Assembly (NCBI GenBank): GCA_048939765.1
Contig: JBHLPF010000021.1
Coordinates: 1-53,232, forward strand
Direction of reading: 5' to 3'
DNA: 53,232 nt
Origin: Promethearchaeota archaeon
GTDB lineage: Archaea > Asgardarchaeota > Thorarchaeia > Thorarchaeales > Thorarchaeaceae
Shown: positions 39,401-46,456 of the stretch, in pieces
Layout: every line of letters starts with the position of its first letter
Position numbering within the stretch: position 1 is the stretch's first letter
Notes under the pieces: generated by a model
Told to the model about the DNA's origin: nothing
The model's database searches: none
Seen by the model: only the letters and a program-made list of their open reading frames with translations
Program-made: the position numbers and the translations under genes

Positions 39401-41097
39401 ATGTTCTTGGTGGCCTAAAAGGCACTCTTACAGAGAATATCAATGGTACTTACAATGCCACAATTGATACCAGTGGTCTGCCTGCTCAAACGATATTCCT
39501 TAGAATCATAGGCATTCGAACTGGAATGGCTACAGCTACGAGGACTCTGGTTGTTACAATACAACCTGTGCCTACTGAAGTGACTGTAGATACATTGCTG
39601 CACGAAGGATACCATAACGACGTTGTGGAGTTCACTTTCCACTACAATGACACATACAATCTCCAGCCCATTGCGGGAGCCTTTGTGGACATTAGTTGGG
39701 AAGGCGGGACAGGGGATGTAACTGACCTTGGTAATGGATATTATCTTGTTGAGATCACTCTGACTCCAACCTCACCTAGGCTCTATGATATAGTGGCAAG
39801 CTTCAGTCTACAGAACTATTCCTTATCATCACTTACTGTGAGAGTTCTCATAACTGCTACTCCAGCACATATTGAAGGACCAATGGCGTACGACGTTCCT
39901 GTCAATCACACTGGCTCTGTCGTATTCAATGTAATCAATGATTTAACAAATGAAACCATTGAGGGTCTTCAGGGATTGGCATATTGGGAAAGTGGACTGA
40001 TAATGGAGCTCTTCCAGATGGGCAATGGTAGCTATGAATTGAGAGTGCCAGACTATCTCATCATGACGAGCTATCGGATTGAGATTGGATTCTCCACGTC
40101 GATTTACAGCCTCTCCTCGCAGTTCCTCGACCTGACTGTTCGTCCAGTTCTCACCTTCATTGATACACTCGGACTAAATACGACAATAGTTACAAACCCA
40201 GGAGCTCAGGATTCTATAGTAATACTTCTTCGAGACCTAGACCATGATGTGGGAATCAGCGATGCCAATGCATCCGTTAGTTTTGATCCCGCACTAATCT
40301 CATTTCCAGAGGAAAGGAGGACCGTCGATTTGGATGGCGTCTACACCTTCCCATATGTAGTACGCGAGGGTGGCACAATCACTGTGACTATCACCTTCAC
40401 AAAGGACTTGTACTTCTCCCAGCAAATCACCTTCACTCTGAAATCAGACTACTCAGAAGAACAGCTACTGACTCAGAGACTGGCAGTGGGCGGAGGCTTC
40501 CTCTTTATCCTTCTGGCTATTGGGATTGTCGCATACGTCAAGCACTTTGCCATCCCATGGATCATTCGACAGCTGAATAAGATGATAGCTGCATTAGCCA
40601 AAGGAAAAGTTCCACGTGCGCCGAAGGTGCGTGCCAGAGAAGATCTGGTCCTTGAGATTGTCAATGAGGAACTGAAGCCATCTGGACTTGCTAAGGAGCT
40701 TGAGGATGTTCCAGGTCCAAGTATTGAAGCAGTGGTTCCTGAGGTTGAAGACCTTCTGGAGCACCTGGCGCAGATTACCGGTCTTGGAGAGGTTGAGCTA
40801 GAGGCATTCAGACAGGACCTTGCCCGGATGCGTGCAAGTGAGCGACCTGGATTCATTCGTGAGGTAATTGAGCAGGAGGAGGCTCGACGAGCAGAAGCAT
40901 TGGCTGAGGCTGAACCTGTCCCCGCTGAGGCCAAGGAGATTCTAGAAGACAAACCTGAGGAGCTTGAAGAGCTTCGCTTGAAGTTGAAGCGAAAAGGCAT
41001 GTCTGATGATGAGATTGAGATCATCATTGAACAGGCAAAGAGCCTATCAAAGGCTGACCTTGAAGCTCTCCTTGACAGTCTTGGAATTAAGCTCTGA
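33403..41097 (+). CDS. Giant single-pass surface protein B, paralog of protein A
   Basis: ATGA overlap with gene A. Colinear similarity, e.g. DLQENRTW/DLTENRTW, TWTPTPVNPDP/TWTPIPSTPDP, PLYENRT/PLYENQT and TPFLENV. TM helix at about 40480-40545. Confidence 0.85.
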   Translation: MKPSMRLTLVLVLAFMLAFGASGPTAFNLNSFSRNGQNTNPTADSMQSPLGIEDRAFALSEQGMVTWQGTSSGIPAMAYGNRTDIHLDNQMLYSPGTGTTTETSVSIPMGDDWEGHELFVEVYDLTENRTWIQDPDMESSPSTWTLGTVPVGGGAQPYANWLTDGHGAGDDCAQFEMYDPTPPGDPSVGERAYARQNVAVNRGDVVWAGLRLDYWIDSAWGADGFVAVYVAVETNDYTQRVWQKSFADVDLAQTWYDSGLVVLQDLSTFDLSDGLDIEVGLYSQQTVDYQPDLEPEARVDNIQLYIMTLTDPSDLNLQVNGQDVEDFMTGGSSTPGLGNMTQIPVPSWTASPVEINVTWTPIPSTPDPDREIRVDFNIMTNLYARHVETTVTTQNPTAFGDIFTVENATDVDYLTWFNADIPPGYDNRYFFNMTLPEGRDVFYVGSPLLTSENITDWDEGHGPTWFANISAFNYPDRWGYWLIKSTGPNMISDVLMFDPSTRSNSRFLDLRAGDTAKLVTHLDPGFAGVDVNLTVYSPSGAIWYTTLATVNSTGYAETPVLTFGQNATAGSYVLEAFCGNSIGVTAWNETGFFRRAFKVVHASNSELLNPVDAQVTWITNVTYPDLFLVRIRINDSDILGVTVPGGQMSCNWTTGPQAFGDAGNGEYIITLDSGDLPSNGIWIIEITWTHPHFDSIVDYLTINLNYDATFVLENPESPGISVPKNYNSSFQVRFEDSTGNPIDYGRVDCNWTSYYTVNPVLGSPGSYLVWLNTTFVDMGEYVVEVTGKANFVLPQRYLIYVTVRELNTRATYVQNVLEIPVGEASSFTVDWMDADHDIPLTGLNDSITTTWTGAYAVNEVSPGLYNITVYTSDSDAPGNYSVSVSLSGYLMRNQTFTISVVIRSHSTLFTLDEPLQQTQFNEQVMLLVFFQDTDLQVGITNITGNVRITITSPEIGNVQFTLVGSSLGDGHYNMTIPSTQWGSAGWKNLTISVSWNGAKYTGQSFSTQVRLTGTATDIFLDQAPTAVYFLNEFSFSVIYYDVTNTTNISNDTLNVMLKIDSLTAGHPVTQSDFIVTETGVGTGIYEFRLDSAQLDSTGSFIFRIGFMWPKGVSPLYENQTMTVTLVVLQRPTYIDYIPVPSTPYGELADLEFSYIDFLTTTRIGDSPQMSISLINGSVGYSYSYDSGEMSFLLRVDTSTLAGIGSHVLVLNVTWIGSPYYTTTVTLVYTVTVIQRATQLTHDSFAPGQWGNNVTIQFTYTDLVAESSAGMTGTLTLNASLAGWYTVVYAGNGHYLVTVNTSGVGADGLYTIVASIDHTQPTFASAIDTFGFSVLQRSTQFGYESPDPAPYLENVSFVVTYIDDSTARGVSGASVIVDCSNSTFVLALNTNYWVTYLGLGQYLIEVESTALGNLGTYVLSVSVSYSGAPYYLPANNDVTSRVVERTTQILIIQTPGETPFLENVTFQFKFEDYITGMIIPIDKSHITLSHGVAETPITMGEYSLYDFGTHYEISFNSTVLNPTDLVVGEAIQLEIDITGAPPYYALRSTNTIATTTERSTQILFPLIEEVPYTDNFTIELDYIDFLTGQGIENAQIELTSGNWTGSPYQVVELGSGSYEVYINSTVFGGIGTVFFDILASREGVPFYSSRLATGVPASIRAIITSLVAEAPPPGSTAVGVPINVTLILMDFDHDIPLSGAVITTDWTSLYGTSYTLVEEGSGVYTLTLNMIGLIAQDYSFTVTAQKTLYQDSNVVVSVTPGASTFALVLHKTAIYALWGEVHDIRIDVRESYYYSLIPGANVTLLWNSTLYYFTDLANGTYSLMLDTSNENFGVYNPQISVSRQYYQTRQTSLALVVSKAPGQILSEQTVFDVVVNTTRVFIIYLNDTITDSPVVASSITMEWNNTAYPLVSNGTPGFYIASIDATGFALGPYEAVISAASLNHVFLDAIVDINVVPIPTNIGLVSGAAALFVVRGAMLSILVEYNDTYYGGYVPGANVTYVLGGLKGTLTENINGTYNATIDTSGLPAQTIFLRIIGIRTGMATATRTLVVTIQPVPTEVTVDTLLHEGYHNDVVEFTFHYNDTYNLQPIAGAFVDISWEGGTGDVTDLGNGYYLVEITLTPTSPRLYDIVASFSLQNYSLSSLTVRVLITATPAHIEGPMAYDVPVNHTGSVVFNVINDLTNETIEGLQGLAYWESGLIMELFQMGNGSYELRVPDYLIMTSYRIEIGFSTSIYSLSSQFLDLTVRPVLTFIDTLGLNTTIVTNPGAQDSIVILLRDLDHDVGISDANASVSFDPALISFPEERRTVDLDGVYTFPYVVREGGTITVTITFTKDLYFSQQITFTLKSDYSEEQLLTQRLAVGGGFLFILLAIGIVAYVKHFAIPWIIRQLNKMIAALAKGKVPRAPKVRAREDLVLEIVNEELKPSGLAKELEDVPGPSIEAVVPEVEDLLEHLAQITGLGEVELEAFRQDLARMRASERPGFIREVIEQEEARRAEALAEAEPVPAEAKEILEDKPEELEELRLKLKRKGMSDDEIEIIIEQAKSLSKADLEALLDSLGIKL

Positions 41098-41133
41098 TCT
41101 GTAGTGACTGAGTGAGAGGAGCAACTTCTTCTC

Positions 41134-42156
41134 TCACCTCGCCCTCTTTCGTCTTCTAGTGACAATGCCAAGGGCAATAAATCCAACAACAACACTAAAC
41201 CACAGGGTGACGAATCGAATGATGATAGTAGCTGCGCCCGCTATTGCATAAGATGTACTTAGGAGCAAGATAATCAAAGCCGTGCTTGACACCTCATATG
41301 TTCCAAGCCCTCCAGGGAGAAAAGATAGCGCTCCAATCACTGAAGCAGTTGTGTGAATGAATGTGGCAATCATTAAGAGAGTGATTGAGGTTGAAGTGAG
41401 GTTTGGAATTCCCGCACCAGTCATCAGTGATAGGAGTAGCCAAAGCTCAAGACACTCCATGAACCAGCCTGGTATGCTTATGGCAGTACTAAGAGTCATA
41501 GGCTGAGGCGAGAGAGTCTTCTTCATCGTATCTTGAATCAAGTCTACACTGTCCTGAAACCTCTTCAGAGGTCCAAAAGATGTCATCTTTCTCAGGAAGA
41601 CATTGTAGAATCTCGGCTGACCCAGAAATATTGCCCCAATTAGGACAATTCCGCCGAGCAGCAAAACGGTCGTAAGCTGATCAACTCCTGATAGGCCTAA
41701 TACTAATCCTATCATTGCAAGCAAGACCATTGCCAAAAGGTCTGTGACTCGTTCTGACACCACAATAGGCACGGTCTTTGCAATCGGAGTATCATCCATA
41801 TCGTTGATGAAGTACGCCTTTACCGCTTCCCCAATCTTGCCGGGAGATGTTGTTAGTGTAAAGCCTGCCAGGAAAATGCTAAAGCTATCAGCGTGTGAGA
41901 GATTTACATTTATTCTATGGAGGAAATATTGCCACTTGATGTATCGTAGGATATAGTTCAGAAATGACAGGCCCATCATTACTGGAAGAACCCACCACCA
42001 CTCAATAGCTGCCAATGCTGCAAGGATTTCATCGAATTCCCGGAAGAGGAGAATCGCAAGGTAGAGAATGACGCCAGCAAATACAAAAATCAAGACTTTG
42101 CGGAGACTAACAAAGGACTCCTGAGCTACATTGTCTGATTCCGACTCATTGCTCAT
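41134..42156 (-). CDS. Lysylphosphatidylglycerol synthase TM-domain / flippase-like protein (AglD2/UPF0104 family)
   Basis: LRYIKWQYFL, PGKIGEAVK, ERVTDL, PGGLGTYE and IIRFVTLW motifs. Multi-TM protein. Confidence 0.88.
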   Translation of the reverse strand: MSNESESDNVAQESFVSLRKVLIFVFAGVILYLAILLFREFDEILAALAAIEWWWVLPVMMGLSFLNYILRYIKWQYFLHRINVNLSHADSFSIFLAGFTLTTSPGKIGEAVKAYFINDMDDTPIAKTVPIVVSERVTDLLAMVLLAMIGLVLGLSGVDQLTTVLLLGGIVLIGAIFLGQPRFYNVFLRKMTSFGPLKRFQDSVDLIQDTMKKTLSPQPMTLSTAISIPGWFMECLELWLLLSLMTGAGIPNLTSTSITLLMIATFIHTTASVIGALSFLPGGLGTYEVSSTALIILLLSTSYAIAGAATIIIRFVTLWFSVVVGFIALGIVTRRRKRAR

Positions 42157-42823
42157 AGGGCCACTTCCTCAGTCGTTGCCAGATGAAGCCTGGTATGTGG
42201 ACATAGAAGAAAGAGACATGGCCAGTGATCTGGGTTCTGCCCTTCCGCAGTTCCTCGTAGATATCATCAGCAGTTTCTATGTCCTGCAGCCAAGTTTTGC
42301 CATGACCCACCTCTCTGCCAAAATGCCCGTCACTTCCTGCTGTCATCGGCTTGCCAAGACGTTTGGCCAATCGCTGAGCTTTGGTGTTGTGTATCGGGAG
42401 CAAACATCGGGAGTTTATGCCTTCTATAAGATCTACATGTTTGCTCATTAGCTTCTCAGGGAGTCTTCTTCTGGTTGCAGTATGTTTCCTAAAAGGGTCC
42501 TTCGGATGGGGGAGTATTGTCAGGGCGTTTTGTTCGTGGATGTCCTCAGATATTTCCGCGAACGTGCGATTCTTGATGGCTTCAGTGACGAACAGACCAA
42601 TCAGCTCGCCGTGGTCAGAGGATTTGTATTCACAGCCGTTGATGAGAAACCTATCATTCTTAACAATAGGCTTGAAGATTGACGGCTGCCAGTGTTCAGT
42701 AAGCGCCATGCCTCTAAGTCCCTTCCTCTTCAACAGCTTGAACAGATTCCTTGGTCTATTCAATCCATCCTTGGAATAGAGGGTATGTGTATGCAGGTCG
42801 AAGGCTGAGAGGTGCGGGCTCAT
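42146..42823 (-). CDS. PHP-family metal-dependent phosphoesterase
   Basis: DLHTHTLYSKDG, ALTEH, GCE, PHP and AGSDGH motifs. Likely start is ATG 42823. Confidence 0.88.
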   Translation of the reverse strand: MSPHLSAFDLHTHTLYSKDGLNRPRNLFKLLKRKGLRGMALTEHWQPSIFKPIVKNDRFLINGCEYKSSDHGELIGLFVTEAIKNRTFAEISEDIHEQNALTILPHPKDPFRKHTATRRRLPEKLMSKHVDLIEGINSRCLLPIHNTKAQRLAKRLGKPMTAGSDGHFGREVGHGKTWLQDIETADDIYEELRKGRTQITGHVSFFYVHIPGFIWQRLRKWPYEQ

Positions 42824-42832
42824 CTGCAACAC

Positions 42833-43828
42833 CTACGGAAGCGCTTCAGGGGGTGGGAATATGACCTGAATGAATTCGAATACAGGTTGCCAGAAGAACA
42901 TCGTGAATAGCAATGCGACAACGAAGATTACACTTCCAATAAGAATGCCTAGGTCTTTAAAGGCTAGATGTGGCTTTCGCCCTACTGGGCTTCCTGATTG
43001 GATGAGGTACACGTATCTCAGGATAAGTCCTGCAGCTATCGGTACTGTCATCATGACAGGCTGAGTGACTGGATTTGGAAAGTTGTTGTACACATAGAGT
43101 GCGTAGAAGAGCACAAACCAAGTGGCTGACATAGTGATTCCCTGGTCCAGAATGCTATCCGTGTACTGATCAAACACCTCTTTGTGTGCTTCAGCTTCCT
43201 CACCTAGGAGTTGCAGCTCATTCTTTCGCTTTCCGAATCCCAGTATCAATGCGAAGAAGAAGATGCCCACTACCAGCCAAGATGTGAATGGAACGCCGAT
43301 GAGAAAAGTGCCTCCAATTGCTCTGAGGATGAATCCCACGGCGAGGATGACCACATCAACAACAGCCCATTTGCGAAGGAAGTAGTTGTACAGTTGAGCA
43401 TTAACGATATACAGGATGACAATGAGTAGAAACAGCCCTCCCAAGGCTCCCACTCTATAATACCCTCCTAGGATTCCTACACCATAGTATGACAAGAAAA
43501 GCCCCACGACCATGAGGATCGCAGCCAGAATATAGGCGGTGCTCTTCGACGCTCCACCAGACGGAAGCGGGCGATTCCTTTTCTCAGGATGGGCTGAGTC
43601 TTTTTCCATATCTGAAATATCGTTTATGATGTATCCTGCACTTGATACAAAGCAAAGCGCAACGAATCCAAGAATAAGTAGGGGATAGTTCGTCCAGTCG
43701 AATATTGCAGGTAATTTCTCCCAGGGCCATTGCTGTGGGATCTCCACAAAAATGACTGCAATGAAGACAAGCAAGTTCTTGTACCATTGCCATGGGCGCA
43801 TTAATTTAATGTAGTCCTTAGCCGCCAT
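42833..43828 (-). CDS. UbiA-family polyprenyl-phosphate phosphoribosyltransferase (DPPR synthase type)
   Basis: RPWQWYKNLLVF, YIINDISD...D.AHPEKRNRPLPSG, GFILRAIGG and GKRKNEL, which are characteristic of the Rv3806c-like subfamily. Confidence 0.85.
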   Translation of the reverse strand: MAAKDYIKLMRPWQWYKNLLVFIAVIFVEIPQQWPWEKLPAIFDWTNYPLLILGFVALCFVSSAGYIINDISDMEKDSAHPEKRNRPLPSGGASKSTAYILAAILMVVGLFLSYYGVGILGGYYRVGALGGLFLLIVILYIVNAQLYNYFLRKWAVVDVVILAVGFILRAIGGTFLIGVPFTSWLVVGIFFFALILGFGKRKNELQLLGEEAEAHKEVFDQYTDSILDQGITMSATWFVLFYALYVYNNFPNPVTQPVMMTVPIAAGLILRYVYLIQSGSPVGRKPHLAFKDLGILIGSVIFVVALLFTMFFWQPVFEFIQVIFPPPEALP

Positions 43829-43843
43829 TTCTGATTCTCCATC

Positions 43844-44923
43844 TTATTCTGAGTATGATTTCCAAAGTTTTCCCCATTCGGTTTCCTCAAGGAACCAGTT
43901 TACCCATTTCTTGCCCTTGAGCGGAAGCCAGATCCCATCATGATACAATCCAGAGAGCTGTGTAGGTAGCCACATGAGGGGCGAGCGGAAAAGGAATTGC
44001 TCCATGCCAGGAAATCGTAGAAATCCCCTGTTCCAAGCGACTACAGGAGATTTGCCGGGACTCATATGGAAATTGGGCAAATCCTTCCAGGATTCGAAGT
44101 CACCAACAATCTCAATGTTCTCGGGATCTGCGCTGCCCAGTCCTAGGCTTTCAGCAATCTGAAGCTTGTGGACACAATTCAGATCCAATCCCATGATTCT
44201 AGATTGTACTGTGTCAGCAGCTACCATGTCGTTTGTAGCAATCAGCAGATTTCCAATCTTAGGAATCATTGTTCGTGGTCCTGCCCCATCCCCCATGACA
44301 GTCCCATCAGTAAGAACAAACTCAGAGTGGGAAATTGTCTGCTGAAGCAGTAGCAGGTCAACAAGAACCTCATGAATCTTGAGATGCGCGAGGTGCCTTT
44401 TCTTGGTTAGATAGAGTCCAAATGAGTCCTTGAGCGCCCCTGTCATCTGAGTATGACCGTGAGTCTTCACAGTGGGAAGGTGAATAATGTTGGTACCAAA
44501 GATTTCCTTCGGGGCAATGATCTCTCCAAACACATCCTCAAGGACCAGAGTCTTCCGAGGGAGCTTTACATCAACATATGTTGCCTTGATGAGTGGGAGG
44601 AATTTGATCCGATGTTTCTTTATCACAGGATACCAATTGTTCCCCCTAGTGCCAGCATAGATGTTCGTGACAACGGTCTCATTCTCGACCGCTTGAATAT
44701 TGCGTGGTGAATAGCCATCTGCTATCATTTTTCTTAAAAGGCCGTCAAACACATAGGGATTAGTTGAACATGCAGGATAGAACTTTGACCAGGATAGATT
44801 GAGCTTGATGGTAGTTGCAACATCCTTCGAGACATGCTTCTGATATTCAGCCTCATCGAGGAGACGACTGATGTCGTCAAAGATTGTCTTTGGGGTGGTG
44901 TTTACAACAGCTACCTTGGGCAT
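43844..44923 (-). CDS. DUF362 domain protein
   Basis: IKLNLSW, STNP, LPTVKTHGHTQMTGALKD.FG, DGTVMGDGAGP and DMVAAD motifs. Confidence 0.85.
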   Translation of the reverse strand: MPKVAVVNTTPKTIFDDISRLLDEAEYQKHVSKDVATTIKLNLSWSKFYPACSTNPYVFDGLLRKMIADGYSPRNIQAVENETVVTNIYAGTRGNNWYPVIKKHRIKFLPLIKATYVDVKLPRKTLVLEDVFGEIIAPKEIFGTNIIHLPTVKTHGHTQMTGALKDSFGLYLTKKRHLAHLKIHEVLVDLLLLQQTISHSEFVLTDGTVMGDGAGPRTMIPKIGNLLIATNDMVAADTVQSRIMGLDLNCVHKLQIAESLGLGSADPENIEIVGDFESWKDLPNFHMSPGKSPVVAWNRGFLRFPGMEQFLFRSPLMWLPTQLSGLYHDGIWLPLKGKKWVNWFLEETEWGKLWKSYSE

Positions 44924-45043
44924 GTGATACTCCCTCGAGGCGATTTAATCTCCCGCTATTGAGTCTTTTCGAGTTGATAGTGGTCGCATTTGGTGCCCTT
45001 AAGAACTTCGCCCTAATTGCAGTTTTGTACCAAAAGCCTTGCT

Positions 45044-45883
45044 CTAAATCTGAATCAGCTCTATCTTCAATCCATCCCTGAGGCGTGCAATCTTCGGCTC
45101 CACTCGGTTGTTGTACGACGCACTGAATATGCTGATCAATCTCTCATCAAAGAACGTCTGGATGCCATCTGGAAACACCTGATGTGCTCTGAAAATTAAG
45201 GCGATGCCCAAGGATTCAGTAAATTCGTTGAAGGCCAACCGCCCATAAATCATTGAGCCGCCTCCCCTCCAATTGGGACTGAATCTGAAATCTCCCTCTG
45301 CAGGGTCATTCCATGTCAATTGGAATGCTATTTGGTCCCGAAAATCCTCATGGAATCTGTCTACTTGCTGAATCTGTTCGAGTGTTTCCACTCCTTCGGG
45401 TATTCCGCCATGACAGGAGAACACGCCGTTAGAACTCAAGCCTCCTAGTGGTAGCACCTTGAATCCTGAGCAATAGATATCGAATACTTCCGGTGAGTAC
45501 CTGGCTGTCACAGCGTTGTAAAATCCATATGCCCTAGCGATACTGTCGGACTCATGGTTGCCCCTCAATGTCATCACTCTATCTGGATATTCAATTGCCA
45601 GTGAAAACACAAGATTGACAGTTTCGACCTGTTGTGGTCCTCTATCAGCATAGTCACCAAGAAATACCATGGATGCATCTCTGTGATTCTGAATTAGTTC
45701 TTGAGCAACGAGAGCACTATGAAGCTCCCCATGCAGATCACCAACGTAGTAAGTGTTTCTTCGCGATGTTTCGACAACATTGGGGAGCGCCTTATACTGA
45801 TCACTCAAGGTTCCAACCAACTGCTCTATTTCCTCTGCAGTGAGGTCAACCTTGCCCTCTAGGATTTGTTTCGCAAGATGCAT
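45044..45883 (-). CDS. PPP-family serine/threonine protein phosphatase
   Basis: GDLHG, GDYADRG, RGNHE, HGG, WNDP, RAHQ and FSA motifs. Likely start is ATG 45883 (the track gives 45940). Confidence 0.92.
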   Translation of the reverse strand: MHLAKQILEGKVDLTAEEIEQLVGTLSDQYKALPNVVETSRRNTYYVGDLHGELHSALVAQELIQNHRDASMVFLGDYADRGPQQVETVNLVFSLAIEYPDRVMTLRGNHESDSIARAYGFYNAVTARYSPEVFDIYCSGFKVLPLGGLSSNGVFSCHGGIPEGVETLEQIQQVDRFHEDFRDQIAFQLTWNDPAEGDFRFSPNWRGGGSMIYGRLAFNEFTESLGIALIFRAHQVFPDGIQTFFDERLISIFSASYNNRVEPKIARLRDGLKIELIQI

Positions 45884-45930
45884 CTCAAATACATACTCTT
45901 GAGTGGCCCTAAAGAACTTGGCTCTTGGTG

Positions 45931-46431
45931 CTAATCCCACCCTAGAGCCTTGAATGCCTTTTCAACGGCATCCTGTGGAGTGAGAGCAGGGAGCACTACA
46001 TCATCTCTTCTCTCATCTATCTTGGTTCCAGCCAAACGTTCTGCCCATCCGCCTGAAGACACTAGTGCAATGACCGGCTTATCAGAAAACCAGGCTATTG
46101 CCATCTCGCTCAGTGTTCCGGCTGAGCCAGCGATTGCTATCACCGCGTCCCCTGTCTTTGCAACCAAGAAGTTCCTTGCATAGCCCATTCCCGTAGGAAC
46201 TGCAATGTCCACATACTTGTTTGCATGTTCCTTGAAGTCAGTGGGAAGAATTCCGATTGTAGTGCCTCTATGCCTTTTCGCTCCTCTGCATGCCGCTTCC
46301 ATCACACCACCTAACCCACCGCAGACAACAGCAGCACCGCGTTTTGCAATCTCTTCCCCAACTGCCTCGGCCAATTGGAGGACACTCTCATCACTGTCGG
46401 ACCCGCCTATAACGGAAATGCTCCTCATCAT
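45931..46431 (-). CDS. TIGR00725-family protein (LOG/Smf-like Rossmann fold)
   Basis: ISVIGG, CGGLGGVMEAACRGAK, GILP, TGMGYARN and GTLSE motifs. Likely start is ATG 46431 or 46428. Confidence 0.9.
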   Translation of the reverse strand: MMRSISVIGGSDSDESVLQLAEAVGEEIAKRGAAVVCGGLGGVMEAACRGAKRHRGTTIGILPTDFKEHANKYVDIAVPTGMGYARNFLVAKTGDAVIAIAGSAGTLSEMAIAWFSDKPVIALVSSGGWAERLAGTKIDERRDDVVLPALTPQDAVEKAFKALGWD

Positions 46432-46456
46432 CGGATTCACACTACTGATCTGTTCC

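Noticed and set aside
25682-41097. Possible DNA-level tandem repeats or diversity-generating retroelement targets in the giant genes
   Set aside because: The repeats are visible only as degenerate protein motifs. I saw no near-identical nucleotide repeats and no reverse transcriptase.
40473-41195. 240-aa antisense ORF, and the similar 182-aa ORF at 32782-33330
   Set aside because: Ser-rich shadows of the Glu/Leu-rich cytoplasmic tails on the opposite strand. Their similarity simply mirrors the paralogy of the real genes.
42823-42835. The UbiA TAG stop is immediately in frame with the PHP ORF (TAG GTG TTG CAG ATG), suggesting amber/pyrrolysine readthrough to a UbiA-PHP fusion
   Set aside because: In-frame adjacency has a 1-in-3 chance, and AGGTG here is well placed as a Shine-Dalgarno for ATG 42823. 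There is no other evidence of recoding. Fused orthologs would reopen the idea.
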